The notes: generated from the sequence alone by a model not told the origin. Numbered from the stretch's first letter, positions 7,495 through 18,857 are shown. The stretch is 64,000 nucleotides of DNA from an uncultured Thermotogae bacterium (GCA_964558595.1 CAZLER010000001.1:39779-103778); one strand, 5' to 3'. Numbers and translations: made by a program.

Positions 7495-9210
7495 GTGCGA
7501 AGGACAGGGGCACAAATCGTCTGGGAGATGCTGCGGCGGGAGGGGGTCGACGTCGTCTTCGGCATTCCCGGCGGGGGCATCATGCATACCTATCATCCCC
7601 GTCAGGAATATGGGATCCAGCATGTGCTGGTGCGCCACGAGCAAGCGGCCGCCCATGCCGCCGACGGATACGCCCGCGCCTCGGGACGGGTCGGTGTCGC
7701 CATCGCCACGTCCGGACCGGGGGCCACGAACCTGGTGACCGGAATCGCCACCGCGATGATGGACTCGTCTCCGATCGTGTGCATCACCGGACAGGTCAGC
7801 ACGTCGGTGCTGGGGACCGACGCGTTTCAGGAAGCCGACATCACCGGCATTACCCTGCCGATCACCAAACACAACTACCTGGTCACCGACGTCGACGAGC
7901 TTGCGGACACGATCCACGACGCGTTCCGGATCGCGCGCAGCGGTCGTCCGGGCCCGGTGCTCATCGATCTTCCCTCCGACGTGCAGCGCGCCGACACCAC
8001 GGTGCTCGATCCTCATTCCCCAGACGAGGAGGAGCGCCTGCCCACGGGCGATCCGGCCGCCCTCGAACGAGCGCTCGAACGGATCGATCGCGCCCACCGT
8101 CCGCTGATCCTCGCCGGCCGCGGCGTCCTGCTGTCCGGTGCGGTCGACGAGTTGGCCGCGTTCGCCGAGAAGACCCGTACGCCGGTCGCGGTGACCCTCC
8201 TCGGCAAGGGCTGCTTCTCTCCGTCCCACCCCCTGTACCTGGGGATGATGGGAATGCACGGGCATCCGGCCGCGAACCACGCGGTGCAGGAGGCGGATCT
8301 GCTGATCGCCCTGGGTATGCGGTTCGACGACCGCGTGACCGGCAACCCGACGCGCTACGCACCACAGGCTCGCATCATCCACATCGACATCGACCAGGCC
8401 GAGCTCGACAAGCTGATTCCCGCCGACATCGCGATCCACGCCGACCTGCGGCCGGCGCTCGCCGCGCTGGTCGAGCGAACGCGACCGCAGCAGCACGCGG
8501 CGTGGACGGCGAGAACGGAACGGTGGCAACGGGAGGCAACGGCTCACGATGTGCTGCACCGGTCGCCGGTTACCGATCTGCCGGCACCCCACATCATCCG
8601 GGCGATCTACGAGGTGACCGAGGGCAATGCGGTGTTGGTCACCGATGTCGGCCAGAATCAGATGTGGGCCGCCCAGTACTACGACACGGCGTGTCGCCGA
8701 CCGTTCCTGTCGTCCGGTGGCCTGGGGACGATGGGGTTCGGGCTGCCGGCGGCGATCGGGGCCCAGTTCGCGTGCCCCGACGAAGAGGTCTGGGCGATCG
8801 TCGGCGATGGCGGCTTCCAGATGAGCGTGCAAGAACTGGCAACGATCGCCCAGGAAGGCCTCCCCGTCAGGATTGCGCTGATCAACAACCGTTGCCTGGG
8901 GATGGTCCGCCAGTGGCAAACCTTGTTCTACGAAGGGCGGCATGAGGCGACCGATCTCGTCAACCCGGACTTCGTGCGCCTCGCCGAGGCCTACGGGATC
9001 CCCGCCCTCCGTGCCGGCGACCTGGCGACCGCACGAGCGGCCGTCGCCGATGCCCACGCTCGACGAGGCCCGGTTCTCATCGAATTCGAGGTCGCCCGCG
9101 ATGGCGAGGCAGGTCACGTCTACCCGATGGTGCCGGCGGGGGCTGCCCTCGATGCGATGATCCGGCGCACCCCGCTTCCGGCCGTGACCTCCTGCGGGAG
9201 GACACCGTGA
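7495..9210 (+). CDS. ilvB: acetolactate synthase large subunit
   Basis: ORF 7456..9210; GTG 7495 after RBS GGAGGAGG; TPP enzyme motifs (GIPGGGIMHTY.., ..GDGGFQM..). Confidence 0.9.
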   Translation: MRRTGAQIVWEMLRREGVDVVFGIPGGGIMHTYHPRQEYGIQHVLVRHEQAAAHAADGYARASGRVGVAIATSGPGATNLVTGIATAMMDSSPIVCITGQVSTSVLGTDAFQEADITGITLPITKHNYLVTDVDELADTIHDAFRIARSGRPGPVLIDLPSDVQRADTTVLDPHSPDEEERLPTGDPAALERALERIDRAHRPLILAGRGVLLSGAVDELAAFAEKTRTPVAVTLLGKGCFSPSHPLYLGMMGMHGHPAANHAVQEADLLIALGMRFDDRVTGNPTRYAPQARIIHIDIDQAELDKLIPADIAIHADLRPALAALVERTRPQQHAAWTARTERWQREATAHDVLHRSPVTDLPAPHIIRAIYEVTEGNAVLVTDVGQNQMWAAQYYDTACRRPFLSSGGLGTMGFGLPAAIGAQFACPDEEVWAIVGDGGFQMSVQELATIAQEGLPVRIALINNRCLGMVRQWQTLFYEGRHEATDLVNPDFVRLAEAYGIPALRAGDLATARAAVADAHARRGPVLIEFEVARDGEAGHVYPMVPAGAALDAMIRRTPLPAVTSCGRTP

Positions 9211-9755
9211 ACCGGACATTGATCGCCACTGTCGCCGACCGCCCTGGCGTATTGAACCGCGTCGCCAGTCTGTTTCGCCGGCGAGCGTTCAACATCGAAA
9301 GCCTCACCGTGGGCCATACCGAACGTAGCGGGGTATCCAGGATGACGATCGTCGTCGACAGTCGGCGCACCGATGCCCGCAAGGTGGCGCAGAACCTGGA
9401 AAAGCTGGTGGACGTCCTCGGCGTCGAGGACATCACCGACCGACCGTCGGTCGTCCACGATCTGGCGCTTGTCAAGCTGCGCGTCGCCGATCCGACGGCT
9501 CGCTCCGAGATCCTGCGCATCGCCGAAGGGTTCCAGGCACGGGTGGTCGACATGTGCCCGGCCACCGCGATGATCGAGGTCGTCGGCGGCGAGGAGACGA
9601 TCGACACGGTGGTCGAGGCGCTGCGCGGCCACGGAATTCTGGAGATGGTCCGGACCGGACGGGTGGCGATGGTGCGCGGCCAACAGGACGGCGAGCAGTA
9701 CGTCTCCGCCGGCAACAGGGAAACGAAGCAAGGAGGTAGCTCATGGCCAGGCTGA
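9207..9755 (+). CDS. ilvN: acetolactate synthase small (regulatory) subunit
   Basis: 182 aa, ACT-domain N-terminus ..RPGVLNRVASLFRRRAFNIESL..; GTGA overlap with ilvB stop. Confidence 0.85.
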   Translation: MNRTLIATVADRPGVLNRVASLFRRRAFNIESLTVGHTERSGVSRMTIVVDSRRTDARKVAQNLEKLVDVLGVEDITDRPSVVHDLALVKLRVADPTARSEILRIAEGFQARVVDMCPATAMIEVVGGEETIDTVVEALRGHGILEMVRTGRVAMVRGQQDGEQYVSAGNRETKQGGSSWPG

Positions 9756-10798
9756 ACTTCGGAGGTGTTCACGAAGAGATCGTCACGCGGGCGGAGGTCC
9801 CGCTGGAACGCGCACGCGAGCTGCTGCACGGCGAACGGCTCGTCGTCGTCGGGTACGGCGTTCAGGGACCGGCCCAGGGGCTGAACCTGCGCGACAACGG
9901 GTTCGACGTTCGTGTCGGCCTGCCCGTCGAACGGAGGCGGTCGTGGGAGAAGGCCGTTTCCGACGGCTGGATACCGGGGGATACGCTGCTTCCCCTGGAC
10001 GAAGCGGTCGCCGACGCGACGATCGTGCTGTTCCTCGTTTCCGATGCCGGACAGTGTGCGCTGTGGCCTGCCCTCGAGCCGCACCTGGCCGAGGGGGACG
10101 CGATCTACTTCTCGCACGGCTTTGCGGTGACCTATCAGGACCAGACCGGAATCGTACCGCCCCCCCATGTCGACGTGCTGCTCGTCGCGCCGAAAGGGTC
10201 AGGGGCAAGCGTCCGGGCCAACTACCTCGCCGGGAGCGGGATCAACAGCAGCTACGCGGTCTATCAGGACACCACCGGTCGGGCCGCCGAGCGCGCGCTG
10301 GCAATCGGGATCGGAATCGGATCGGGCTTTCTGTTCCCGACCACATTCGAGAAGGAGGTATACAGCGATCTCACCGGCGAACGCGGGGTGCTGATGGGAG
10401 CCCTTGCCGGCGTGATGGAGGCCCAGTACGAGCTGCTCCGGTCCCACGGCCACACCCCCAGCGAGGCGTTCAACGAGACCGTCGAGGAGCTAACCCAGAG
10501 CCTGATCCGTCTGGTCGGCGATCGGGGAATGGACTGGATGTACGCACACTGCAGCGCCACCGCCCAGCGCGGTGCCCTCGATTGGAAGCCGCGGTTCAAG
10601 CGCGCGGTCGCCCCCGTCTTCGAGGAACTGTACGCCAGCGTCGCCTCCGGCGAGGAGACGAGGATCGTCCTCGAGGTGAACGGCGCCGCCGACTACCAGC
10701 AGCGCCTCGACGAGGAGCTTTCGGCGATGCGTGCGTCCGAGATGTGGCAGGCCGGCGAGGTCGTCCGATCGCTGAGACCGGAAGCGGCCGAGGGCTAG
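9743..10798 (+). CDS. ilvC: ketol-acid reductoisomerase
   Basis: 351 aa; VVVGYGVQGPAQGLNLRDNGFDV NADPH-binding N-terminus; RBS AGGAGG. Confidence 0.9.
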   Translation: MARLNFGGVHEEIVTRAEVPLERARELLHGERLVVVGYGVQGPAQGLNLRDNGFDVRVGLPVERRRSWEKAVSDGWIPGDTLLPLDEAVADATIVLFLVSDAGQCALWPALEPHLAEGDAIYFSHGFAVTYQDQTGIVPPPHVDVLLVAPKGSGASVRANYLAGSGINSSYAVYQDTTGRAAERALAIGIGIGSGFLFPTTFEKEVYSDLTGERGVLMGALAGVMEAQYELLRSHGHTPSEAFNETVEELTQSLIRLVGDRGMDWMYAHCSATAQRGALDWKPRFKRAVAPVFEELYASVASGEETRIVLEVNGAADYQQRLDEELSAMRASEMWQAGEVVRSLRPEAAEG

Positions 10799-10821
10799 CG
10801 ACCGCGGCGAGGGAGGCGATC

Positions 10822-12627
10822 GTGCTCATCGAGGACGTCGAGACCGTCCGGATCTTCGATACGACGCTCCGGGACGGAGAGCAGTCACCAGGGGCGAGCC
10901 TCAGCGCCAACGAGAAGGTGGAGATCGGCCGACTGCTGGCCCGGATGGGGGTGGACGTGATCGAGGCGGGGTTCCCGGCCGCGTCGCCTGCGGATCGCCG
11001 GGCGGTGGCACGCGTCGCCCGGGAGGTCGGCTGCGACGGCGGCCACCCTGTGCCGAGCATCTGCGCTCTCGCTCGGACCGTCGATGCCGACATCGACATC
11101 GCCTGGGCGGCGGTTCGGGACGCGGAGCACCCGCGAATCCACACCTTCCTCGCCGCCTCCGATCTGCACCTCGAGCACAAGCTGCGGATCACGCGGGACG
11201 AGGCCCTGGCCCGCGCTCGCGAGGCCGTCGCCCGGGCCCGCAGCTACTGCGCTTCGGTCCAGTTCTCGCCCGAGGACGCCAGCCGCGCCGATCCGAGCTT
11301 CCTGTGCGAGCTCGTCGCCGTCGCAGCCGAGGCCGGCGCGACGACGATCAACATCCCCGATACCGTGGGATACGCCCTCCCCGACGAGTTCGCGCGGCTG
11401 ATCGAGCGGGTGCTCTCCGGGATGCCTCGTGACGGATCGGTCATCGTGTCGGTGCATTGTCACGACGATCTCGGACTGGCCTCGGCGAATACCCTCGCCG
11501 GCCTGTTGGCCGGCGCCCGGCAAGCGGAGGTCACCGTCAACGGCATCGGGGAGCGGGCCGGGAACACGGCGATCGAGGAGATCGTCATGGCCCTGTCGAC
11601 ACGGCGGGACGCTTGCCGGCTCGCCACCGCGATCGATACCACCCGGATCGCACAGACGAGCCGGATCGTCAGCCACTACACCGGCATCCCCGTGCAGCCG
11701 AACAAGGCCATCGTCGGGGCCAACGCCTTCTCCCACGAGTCCGGCATCCATCAAGACGGCGTCCTCAAGCATCAGGCAACCTACGAGATCATGCAGCCGG
11801 CATCGATCGGTTGGTCCGACACCCGTCTGGTGCTCGGACGGCACTCCGGCCGGCACGCCTTCGGCCGTCAAATCACCGATCTCGGCTATGAGCTGACCCC
11901 GATCCAGCTGGAGAAGGCCTTTCTGCGCTTCAAGGAGTTGGCCGGCAAGAAACGGCAAGTGAGCGATGCCGATGTGGAAGCGCTGATCGCCGATTTCGTC
12001 CACCGATCCGACGGTGCCTACCGGTTGGTCGACCTGCAGGTGGTCGCCGGTCGGCCCGGCCTGTCCACCGCCACCGTCCGGCTCCGGGCCCCCGATCGCC
12101 GGGAACGTGTCCAGGCGAGCATCGGCACCGGACCGGTCGACGCGATCTACCGCGCCATCCACGCAATCGTCGACGTACCGAATCGACTGGAGGAATTCCG
12201 GATCCATGCCGTGACCGAGGGGATCGACGCCCAGGGCGCCGTGAGCGTCCGCATCGGGTGCGACGGCACGAACTCGAGAATTGGAGGCTACGGTGCCGAT
12301 ACCGACATCCTCGTCGCCAGCGCGCGAGCCTACCTCGATGCCCTCAACCGGCTGATCGACCGACGGGCCGCTTCGTCGCCGTCCGACGAAGCGGGAAGCG
12401 ATGACCGAAAAACCGCAGCGAAGGAGCACCGTATGAACGAACGAGGGACCACACCACCCACCGGACCGAACACCTACCCGCTCGACGCACATCCCGAGCC
12501 GGTCCCGCAGCCGTGGCACGACGACCCCGACGAGATCAGGGGATGGGCGCTGCACTGGGACGACACCGCACTGCGAAAGGCCAGCTTGGCCCGCAAGATG
12601 CGGGAGCTGCGGGAGAGCGGAGGATGA
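10822..12627 (+). CDS. leuA: 2-isopropylmalate synthase (with c. 65-aa Pro-rich C-terminal extension)
   Basis: ORF 9943..12627; GTG 10822 after RBS GGGAGG; RIFDTTLRDGEQSPG.. HMG-CoA-lyase-like TIM barrel motifs. Confidence 0.85.
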   Translation: MLIEDVETVRIFDTTLRDGEQSPGASLSANEKVEIGRLLARMGVDVIEAGFPAASPADRRAVARVAREVGCDGGHPVPSICALARTVDADIDIAWAAVRDAEHPRIHTFLAASDLHLEHKLRITRDEALARAREAVARARSYCASVQFSPEDASRADPSFLCELVAVAAEAGATTINIPDTVGYALPDEFARLIERVLSGMPRDGSVIVSVHCHDDLGLASANTLAGLLAGARQAEVTVNGIGERAGNTAIEEIVMALSTRRDACRLATAIDTTRIAQTSRIVSHYTGIPVQPNKAIVGANAFSHESGIHQDGVLKHQATYEIMQPASIGWSDTRLVLGRHSGRHAFGRQITDLGYELTPIQLEKAFLRFKELAGKKRQVSDADVEALIADFVHRSDGAYRLVDLQVVAGRPGLSTATVRLRAPDRRERVQASIGTGPVDAIYRAIHAIVDVPNRLEEFRIHAVTEGIDAQGAVSVRIGCDGTNSRIGGYGADTDILVASARAYLDALNRLIDRRAASSPSDEAGSDDRKTAAKEHRMNERGTTPPTGPNTYPLDAHPEPVPQPWHDDPDEIRGWALHWDDTALRKASLARKMRELRESGG

Positions 12628-12631
12628 GCCG

Positions 12632-13927
12632 ATGCCGCCGCTGACCCTCACGGAGAAGATCCTCACCGCCCACCGCCTCCCAAAGCGCGACCCGGCTGCG
12701 GTAGGCGACCGCCCGGTTCGCCCCGGCGAGCTGCACGAGATCGCCGTCGATCTCGTGCTCGCCAACGACATCACCGCTCCGATCGCCATCCGCGAATTCG
12801 AGGGGCTGGGCGCAACCGAGCCGTATGACCGCGACGCGATCGTGCTCGTCGCCGACCACTTCACCCCGAACAAGGACATCGCTTCGGCGGAACAGGCGGC
12901 GGCCATGCGGCGGTTCGCGCGCGAGCACGCGATCGTGCACCACTACGATGGCGGCCGATCGGGGGTCGAACACGTCCTGCTCCACGAACTCGGGCTGGTG
13001 CTGCCGGGCGACGTGATCGTCGGCGCGGATTCTCATACCTGCACCGCGGGAGCTCTCGGAGCGTTCGCGACAGGGATGGGCTCGACCGACATCGCGGTAG
13101 CGATGGCGACGGGCTCGGCGTGGATGAGGGTTCCCGAAACGATCCGCATCGACCTGCGCGGCACCCCCGGCCGATGGATCGGCGGCAAGGACGTCATCCT
13201 GGAGCTCATCGGGCGCCTCGGAGTCAGCGGGGCCACCTACGTGGCCCTGGAATTCGGCGGGGACGGCGTCAGCCAGTTGCCGCTCGACGCTCGGTTCACG
13301 ATCGCCAACATGGCGATCGAGGCCGGCGCCAAGGCGGGGCTGTTCGCCGCCGACCACGCGGCCCTCACCTACCTGGAGGGGCGAGCGGTCCGTCCACCCC
13401 GGGCGATCGCCGCCGACCGGGGTGCAACGTACGCGCGAACCCTGACGATCGATCTCGACGAACTGGAGCCGCTCATCGCCCTCCCCCACCTCCCGGAGAA
13501 CGTCCGCCCGGTACGCGAAGCGGGCACGATGCCGATCGACCAGGTGGTCATCGGATCGTGCACGAACGGACGGCTCACCGACCTGCGGGTGGCGGCCGAG
13601 CTGCTACGCGGCCGCAGCGTCCATCCCAGCGTCCGCTGTCTGGTGATCCCGGGGAGCCCACGCGTCCAACTCGACGCCGTGCGGGAGGGGCTCGTCGAGC
13701 GGTTTCTCGAGGCGGGTGCCGTGGTGTCCACCCCGACCTGCGGACCGTGCCTCGGCGGCCACATGGGCGTACTGGCCGCAGGGGAGCGCGCGATCAGTAC
13801 GACCAATCGCAACTTCCGTGGTCGCATGGGGTCGCCGGACAGCGAGGTGATCCTCGCCGGACCGGCGGTCGCCGCGGCCTCCGCGGTCGCGGGACGGGTG
13901 GCCCATCCCGAGGAGGTGCTGCCATGA
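12632..13927 (+). CDS. leuC: 3-isopropylmalate dehydratase large subunit
   Basis: 431 aa aconitase-family; Cys ligand context ..GSCTNGR.. and ..TCGPCLGGHMG.. Confidence 0.9.
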   Translation: MPPLTLTEKILTAHRLPKRDPAAVGDRPVRPGELHEIAVDLVLANDITAPIAIREFEGLGATEPYDRDAIVLVADHFTPNKDIASAEQAAAMRRFAREHAIVHHYDGGRSGVEHVLLHELGLVLPGDVIVGADSHTCTAGALGAFATGMGSTDIAVAMATGSAWMRVPETIRIDLRGTPGRWIGGKDVILELIGRLGVSGATYVALEFGGDGVSQLPLDARFTIANMAIEAGAKAGLFAADHAALTYLEGRAVRPPRAIAADRGATYARTLTIDLDELEPLIALPHLPENVRPVREAGTMPIDQVVIGSCTNGRLTDLRVAAELLRGRSVHPSVRCLVIPGSPRVQLDAVREGLVERFLEAGAVVSTPTCGPCLGGHMGVLAAGERAISTTNRNFRGRMGSPDSEVILAGPAVAAASAVAGRVAHPEEVLP

Positions 13928-14445
13928 CGATCCACGGACGTATCTGGCGGTTGGGCGACCACGTCGATACCGACGCCATCATCCCGGCCCGCTACCTGCA
14001 TCGCTCCGACCCCGCCGAGCTCGGTCGCCACTGCCTGGAAGGGATCGATGAGCAACTCCCGGCGCAGCTGCGTTCCGGAGACTTGATCGTCGCCGGGGAG
14101 AACTTCGGCTGTGGGTCGTCCCGCGAGCATGCGCCGTGGGCGCTCCGGGGCGCCGGCATCCGCGGCGTCGTCGCCGCTGGCTTCGCGCGGATCTTCTATC
14201 GCAACGCGATCAATATCGGTCTTCCGATCGTCGTGTGTCCGGACATCGTCCCGTCGGCCCGGAACGGACAAACGTGGGAACTCGACCTGACACGCGGCGT
14301 CGTCCGCAACCTGTCGTTGCGAACGGAGGCCACGTTCGAGCCGTTTCCCCCGTTCATGACCGAGCTGTTGCAGGCCGGCGGATTGATCGCCTACACCCGT
14401 GCCCGCTGGGCGAACGGCGAGCGACCCCGAAGGGAAGGCCGATGA
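13924..14445 (+). CDS. leuD: 3-isopropylmalate dehydratase small subunit
   Basis: 173 aa aconitase swivel domain; ATGA overlap with leuC. Confidence 0.9.
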   Translation: MTIHGRIWRLGDHVDTDAIIPARYLHRSDPAELGRHCLEGIDEQLPAQLRSGDLIVAGENFGCGSSREHAPWALRGAGIRGVVAAGFARIFYRNAINIGLPIVVCPDIVPSARNGQTWELDLTRGVVRNLSLRTEATFEPFPPFMTELLQAGGLIAYTRARWANGERPRREGR

Positions 14446-16031
14446 CGACGATCACCCTCTACGACACGACCCTTCGCGACGGCGCCCAACGCGAAGGACT
14501 GTCGTTCTCCCTCGCCGACAAGTTGAAGATCACGACGTGGCTCGATCGTCTGGGGATCGGCTACATCGAGGGGGGATGGCCGGGCTCGAATCCGAAGGAC
14601 CAGGCGTACTTCGAGCGCGCCGCGGAGCTCGATCTCGGACAGGCGCGCATTGTCGCCTTCGGCAGCACCCGCCGCGCCGGCACCGCCGTCGAGGACGATC
14701 CCGGTGTGGCCGCCCTCGTCGATGCCGGTACGGACGTGGTCACCGTGTTCGGGAAGAGTTGGCTGCTCCACGTCACGGAGGTGCTCCACACCACGCCCGA
14801 AGAGAACCTGCGGATGATCGGCGACACTGTGCGCTTCCTGAGGGAACAAGGACGCCAGGTACTGTTCGATGCCGAGCACCTCTTCGACGGCTATCGGGAT
14901 GCCCCCGCGTACGCATGGGAGACGCTTCACGCCGCCCTCGACGCCGGAGCCGAGGTGGTCGTGCTGTGCGACACGAACGGGGGCACGCTCCCGTCGCGGA
15001 TCGGGGCGATCGCTGGCGAGGCGGTGCGGACGTTGGGCGTGCCGGTGGGGATCCACACGCACAACGACATGGAGACCGCCGTTGCCGGCAGTCTCGCCGC
15101 GGTCGAGGCCGGAGCGACGTGGGTCCAGGGGACGATCAACGGCTACGGAGAGCGGTGCGGAAACGCCAACCTATGCGCGTTGATCCCCTCCCTCCAGCTC
15201 AAGGGCGGCGTCACGTGCGTCGGCGAGGAGCAGTTGGCAAGGCTTCGGGAAACCGCCCGCGCGATCAGCGAGCGGGCAAACCTCCCACTGGATCCGCATG
15301 CCGCCTACGTGGGCGGCAGCGCGTTCGCCCACAAGGGAGGGATGCACGTCAATGCGCTGCGCAAGCACGGGGGAACCTACCAGCACATCGATCCTGTACA
15401 GGTCGGCAACCGCAGCCGGATCGTCATCTCGGAATTGTCCGGTCGCAGCAACGTCCTCCAAAAGGCCGAGAGCTGTGGGCTGCCGCTGGACGGCGGCGAC
15501 GCAACGAGCGTCCTATCGAAGATCAAGGAGTTGGAGGGACGCGGCTTCCAGTTCGAGGGGGCCGAGGGGTCGGTCGAACTGATGATCCGGAGAACCGGAA
15601 GCGGGTATCGTCGACCGTTCGCGCTGATCGACTTCCATGTCCTCGTCCGCAGCGGCGACTGCGGTGCCATGGCCGCCGAAGCGACGGTCAAGCTACAGGT
15701 GGGGGATCGTACCCTCCACACCGCGGCGGACGGCAACGGACCCGTCAACGCACTCGACGCCGCCATTCGCAAGGCGCTCCTGCCGGTCCATCCACGGCTG
15801 GAGACTGTGCGGTTGACCGACTACAAGGTGCGGATCCTCGACAGCGAGGTGGGCACGGCAGCGCGGACACGGGTGCTGATCACCTCGAGCGATGGGGTGT
15901 ACACGTGGAGCACGGTCGGCTGCTCTCCCAACATCATCGAGGCCAGCTGGACGGCGCTCGCCGACGCGTACGAGTACGCGCTGTCCCGGGCACCGCTGGT
16001 CGCCGCACGATCGAAAGGAGTCCCCTCATGA
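14442..16031 (+). CDS. cimA: (R)-citramalate synthase (LeuA-family paralog; threonine-independent 2-oxobutanoate route)
   Basis: 529 aa; [35 protein letters not shown].. matches citramalate synthase subfamily rather than LeuA; ATGA overlap with leuD. Confidence 0.7.
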   Translation: MTTITLYDTTLRDGAQREGLSFSLADKLKITTWLDRLGIGYIEGGWPGSNPKDQAYFERAAELDLGQARIVAFGSTRRAGTAVEDDPGVAALVDAGTDVVTVFGKSWLLHVTEVLHTTPEENLRMIGDTVRFLREQGRQVLFDAEHLFDGYRDAPAYAWETLHAALDAGAEVVVLCDTNGGTLPSRIGAIAGEAVRTLGVPVGIHTHNDMETAVAGSLAAVEAGATWVQGTINGYGERCGNANLCALIPSLQLKGGVTCVGEEQLARLRETARAISERANLPLDPHAAYVGGSAFAHKGGMHVNALRKHGGTYQHIDPVQVGNRSRIVISELSGRSNVLQKAESCGLPLDGGDATSVLSKIKELEGRGFQFEGAEGSVELMIRRTGSGYRRPFALIDFHVLVRSGDCGAMAAEATVKLQVGDRTLHTAADGNGPVNALDAAIRKALLPVHPRLETVRLTDYKVRILDSEVGTAARTRVLITSSDGVYTWSTVGCSPNIIEASWTALADAYEYALSRAPLVAARSKGVPS

Positions 16032-17119
16032 GCCATCACATCGCCGTGTTGCCCGGCGACGGCATCGGTCCCGAGGTCGTCGCCCAGGCGACCCGGGTGC
16101 TGCGCGCCGTCGAAAGGGCATACGGTCGCGAGATCACGCTCCACGACTACCCCGTCGGGGGCGAGGCGATCGACCAAACCGGTGTGCCGCTGCCGGACGC
16201 CACGCTCGCGGGCTGCCGGAACGCCGACGCCATATTGCTCGGCGCGATCGGCGGGCCGGCGTGGTCCGATCCGACCGCTGCCGTGCGACCCGAGCAGGGA
16301 CTGCTGGAGCTGCGCCAGCAGCTAGGGCTGTTCGCCAACCTCCGGCCCGTGCGCACGGTTCCCGCGCTGCTCGACGCGTCGCCGTTGCGGCGGGAGCGAA
16401 TCGAGGGCACCGACCTGCTGGTCGTCCGGGAGCTGACCGGTGGGATCTACTTCGGCCCACGCCGAGAGGCCGGCGCCGACGGAGTGGCCGAAGACACGAT
16501 GCGATACGAGCGATCGGAGATCGAGCGGATCGCCCGGTTGGCGTTCCGGCTTGCTGCCGCTCGCCGCGGCACGGTCGTGTCCATCGACAAGGCCAACATC
16601 CTGGCCACGAGCCGGTGGTGGCGACGGACGGTCACCGACGTGGCCGCGGACTACCCCGACGTTCAGCTCGAGCATCTGCTCGTCGACGCGGCGGCGATGC
16701 ATCTGCTGCACCGAGCGCCCACGTTCGATGTGCTGCTGACCGCCAACCTGTTCGGGGACATCCTCAGCGACGAAGCCTCCATGCTCGCCGGATCGCTCGG
16801 CATGCTGCCGTCGGCGTCGCTCGGCGACGGCGGCGGCGGGGTCTACGAACCGGTTCACGGGAGCGCGCCCGACATCGTCGGGCGCGACATCGCCAACCCG
16901 ATCGGGGCGATCCTCAGCGTCGGGCTGCTGCTGCGTCACGCGTTCGGTTGGGAGGACGAGGCGGATACCGTCGAGCGGGCGGTCGATGAGGTGCTATCCG
17001 ACGGCGCCCGCACCGCCGACCTCGCGGGACCCAAGGAGGCGCCCATCGGCACCGAGGCGATGGGGGAGCGGATCGTCGCGGCCGTGCACCGGATGGCGGC
17101 GTGGAAGGAGAACCGATGA
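16028..17119 (+). CDS. leuB: 3-isopropylmalate dehydrogenase
   Basis: 363 aa isocitrate/isopropylmalate DH family (..[26 protein letters not shown]..); ATGA overlap with cimA. Confidence 0.9.
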   Translation: MSHHIAVLPGDGIGPEVVAQATRVLRAVERAYGREITLHDYPVGGEAIDQTGVPLPDATLAGCRNADAILLGAIGGPAWSDPTAAVRPEQGLLELRQQLGLFANLRPVRTVPALLDASPLRRERIEGTDLLVVRELTGGIYFGPRREAGADGVAEDTMRYERSEIERIARLAFRLAAARRGTVVSIDKANILATSRWWRRTVTDVAADYPDVQLEHLLVDAAAMHLLHRAPTFDVLLTANLFGDILSDEASMLAGSLGMLPSASLGDGGGGVYEPVHGSAPDIVGRDIANPIGAILSVGLLLRHAFGWEDEADTVERAVDEVLSDGARTADLAGPKEAPIGTEAMGERIVAAVHRMAAWKENR

Positions 17120-18777
17120 AGCGAAGCGATCGCGCCGTACGCGGCATCGAGAGGGCCGCCCACCGCAGCCTGCTGTACGCCACCGGACTCACCCCCGAGG
17201 AGCTCGACCGCCCGTTGATCGGGATCGCCGGGGCCTACAACGAGATCGCCCCCGGACACCTTCACCTCGACCGAATCGCGGCGGCCGTGAAGGCGGGGAT
17301 CCGCGCCGCCGGCGGCACACCGCTCGAGTTCAACACGATCGGGATCTGCGACGGGATCGCGATGGGTCACGAAGGGATGCGATACTCCCTGCCCAGCCGA
17401 GAACTGGTCGCCGATTCGGTGGAGGCGATGGTTCAGGCGCACCGGCTCGACGGACTCGTCATGGTCCCCAACTGCGACAAGATCGTTCCCGGCATGCTGA
17501 TGGCGGCGGCCCGCCTCGATCTTCCCTCGGTGCTCGTCAGCGGCGGCCCGATGCTCGCCGGGCGCCACCGCGGAGCCGCCGTCGACGTCGCCACGATGTT
17601 CGAGGCCGCCGGCGCGGTCCGCACCGGACAGCTGTCCGAGGAGGAGCTGGCGGAGCTGGAGCTGGCCGCTTGCCCCGGCTGCGGCTCGTGCGCCGGTCTG
17701 TTCACCGCCAATTCGATGAACTGCCTCGCCGAAGCCCTCGGCCTGGCGCTTCCGGGAAACGGAACCCTCCCAGCGGTCAGCGCCGCCCGCCTTCGCCTCG
17801 CCAAGCGGGCCGGGGCCGCCGTTCTCGGCGCGATCGACCAAGGAATCACCGCCCGCGCCGTGCTGTCCGATGCCGCCTTCGACAACGCGATCGCCCTCGA
17901 CATGGCGATCGGCGGCTCGACGAACACGGCACTTCATCTGCCGGCGATCGCCCGCGAAGCCGGCATCAGGGTGACCCTCGAGCGGTTCGACGACATCAGC
18001 CGGCGAACGCCGTCGCTCGTCAAGCTGCGGCCAAGCGGTCCCCACCATCTCCAGGATCTCGACGAAGCAGGCGGGATCCCGGCCGTGCTGGGCGAGCTTC
18101 TGCGCGCCGGCTGCATCGACGGGGAGGTCCGCACCGTCGCCTCGGGATCGATTGCCGAGGTCGCGGCCGCCGCGGAGCGCCGTGGGGACGTGATCCGTTC
18201 GATCGATGATCCCCACCGTCCCGACGGCGGCATCGCCGTGCTGCGAGGCGACCTCGCTCCCGACGGCTGCGTGGTCAAGGCGAACGCCGTGGTCGATCGG
18301 ATGCTGCGCCATCGCGGTCCGGCACGGGTCTTCGACGGCGAAACGGCGGCGCTCGAGGCGATTCTCGGCGACGAGATCGCCTCCGGTGATGTCGTCGTCG
18401 TCCGCTACGAGGGGCCCCGCGGCGGACCGGGCATGCCGGAGATGCTCCAAGCCACCGCGGCGATCGCCGGACGGGGACTCGATGACCGGGTCGCGCTGCT
18501 GACCGACGGGAGGTTCTCCGGCGCCACCCGGGGCGCGGCGATCGGGCATATCGGGCCGGAGGCCGCCCTTGGAGGTCCGATCGCGCTGGTCGCCGACGGC
18601 GATCCCATCGAGATCGATATCCCCGCTCGCACACTGTCGCTGGCCGTCGATGCCGACGAACTCGAGCGCCGGCGTACCGGCTGGCGGGCACCCCCACCCC
18701 CGGTGAGCAGCGGACTGCTCGCGCGCTACGGCGCCTCGGTGCTTCCGGCCTCCGAGGGTGCAGTGCTCGGACGCTAG
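17116..18777 (+). CDS. ilvD: dihydroxy-acid dehydratase
   Basis: ORF 17101..18777; ATG 17116 overlapping leuB stop; ..[19 protein letters not shown].. Fe-S ligand motif. Confidence 0.9.
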   Translation: MKRSDRAVRGIERAAHRSLLYATGLTPEELDRPLIGIAGAYNEIAPGHLHLDRIAAAVKAGIRAAGGTPLEFNTIGICDGIAMGHEGMRYSLPSRELVADSVEAMVQAHRLDGLVMVPNCDKIVPGMLMAAARLDLPSVLVSGGPMLAGRHRGAAVDVATMFEAAGAVRTGQLSEEELAELELAACPGCGSCAGLFTANSMNCLAEALGLALPGNGTLPAVSAARLRLAKRAGAAVLGAIDQGITARAVLSDAAFDNAIALDMAIGGSTNTALHLPAIAREAGIRVTLERFDDISRRTPSLVKLRPSGPHHLQDLDEAGGIPAVLGELLRAGCIDGEVRTVASGSIAEVAAAAERRGDVIRSIDDPHRPDGGIAVLRGDLAPDGCVVKANAVVDRMLRHRGPARVFDGETAALEAILGDEIASGDVVVVRYEGPRGGPGMPEMLQATAAIAGRGLDDRVALLTDGRFSGATRGAAIGHIGPEAALGGPIALVADGDPIEIDIPARTLSLAVDADELERRRTGWRAPPPPVSSGLLARYGASVLPASEGAVLGR

Positions 18778-18857
18778 CCGCGCGGGCGCCTGCGGTGGCA
18801 TCGCGGCGCGGTGGCGTGGTAGATTGGCGCCAGCCCCGCATCGCGAAGGAGGTCCGC

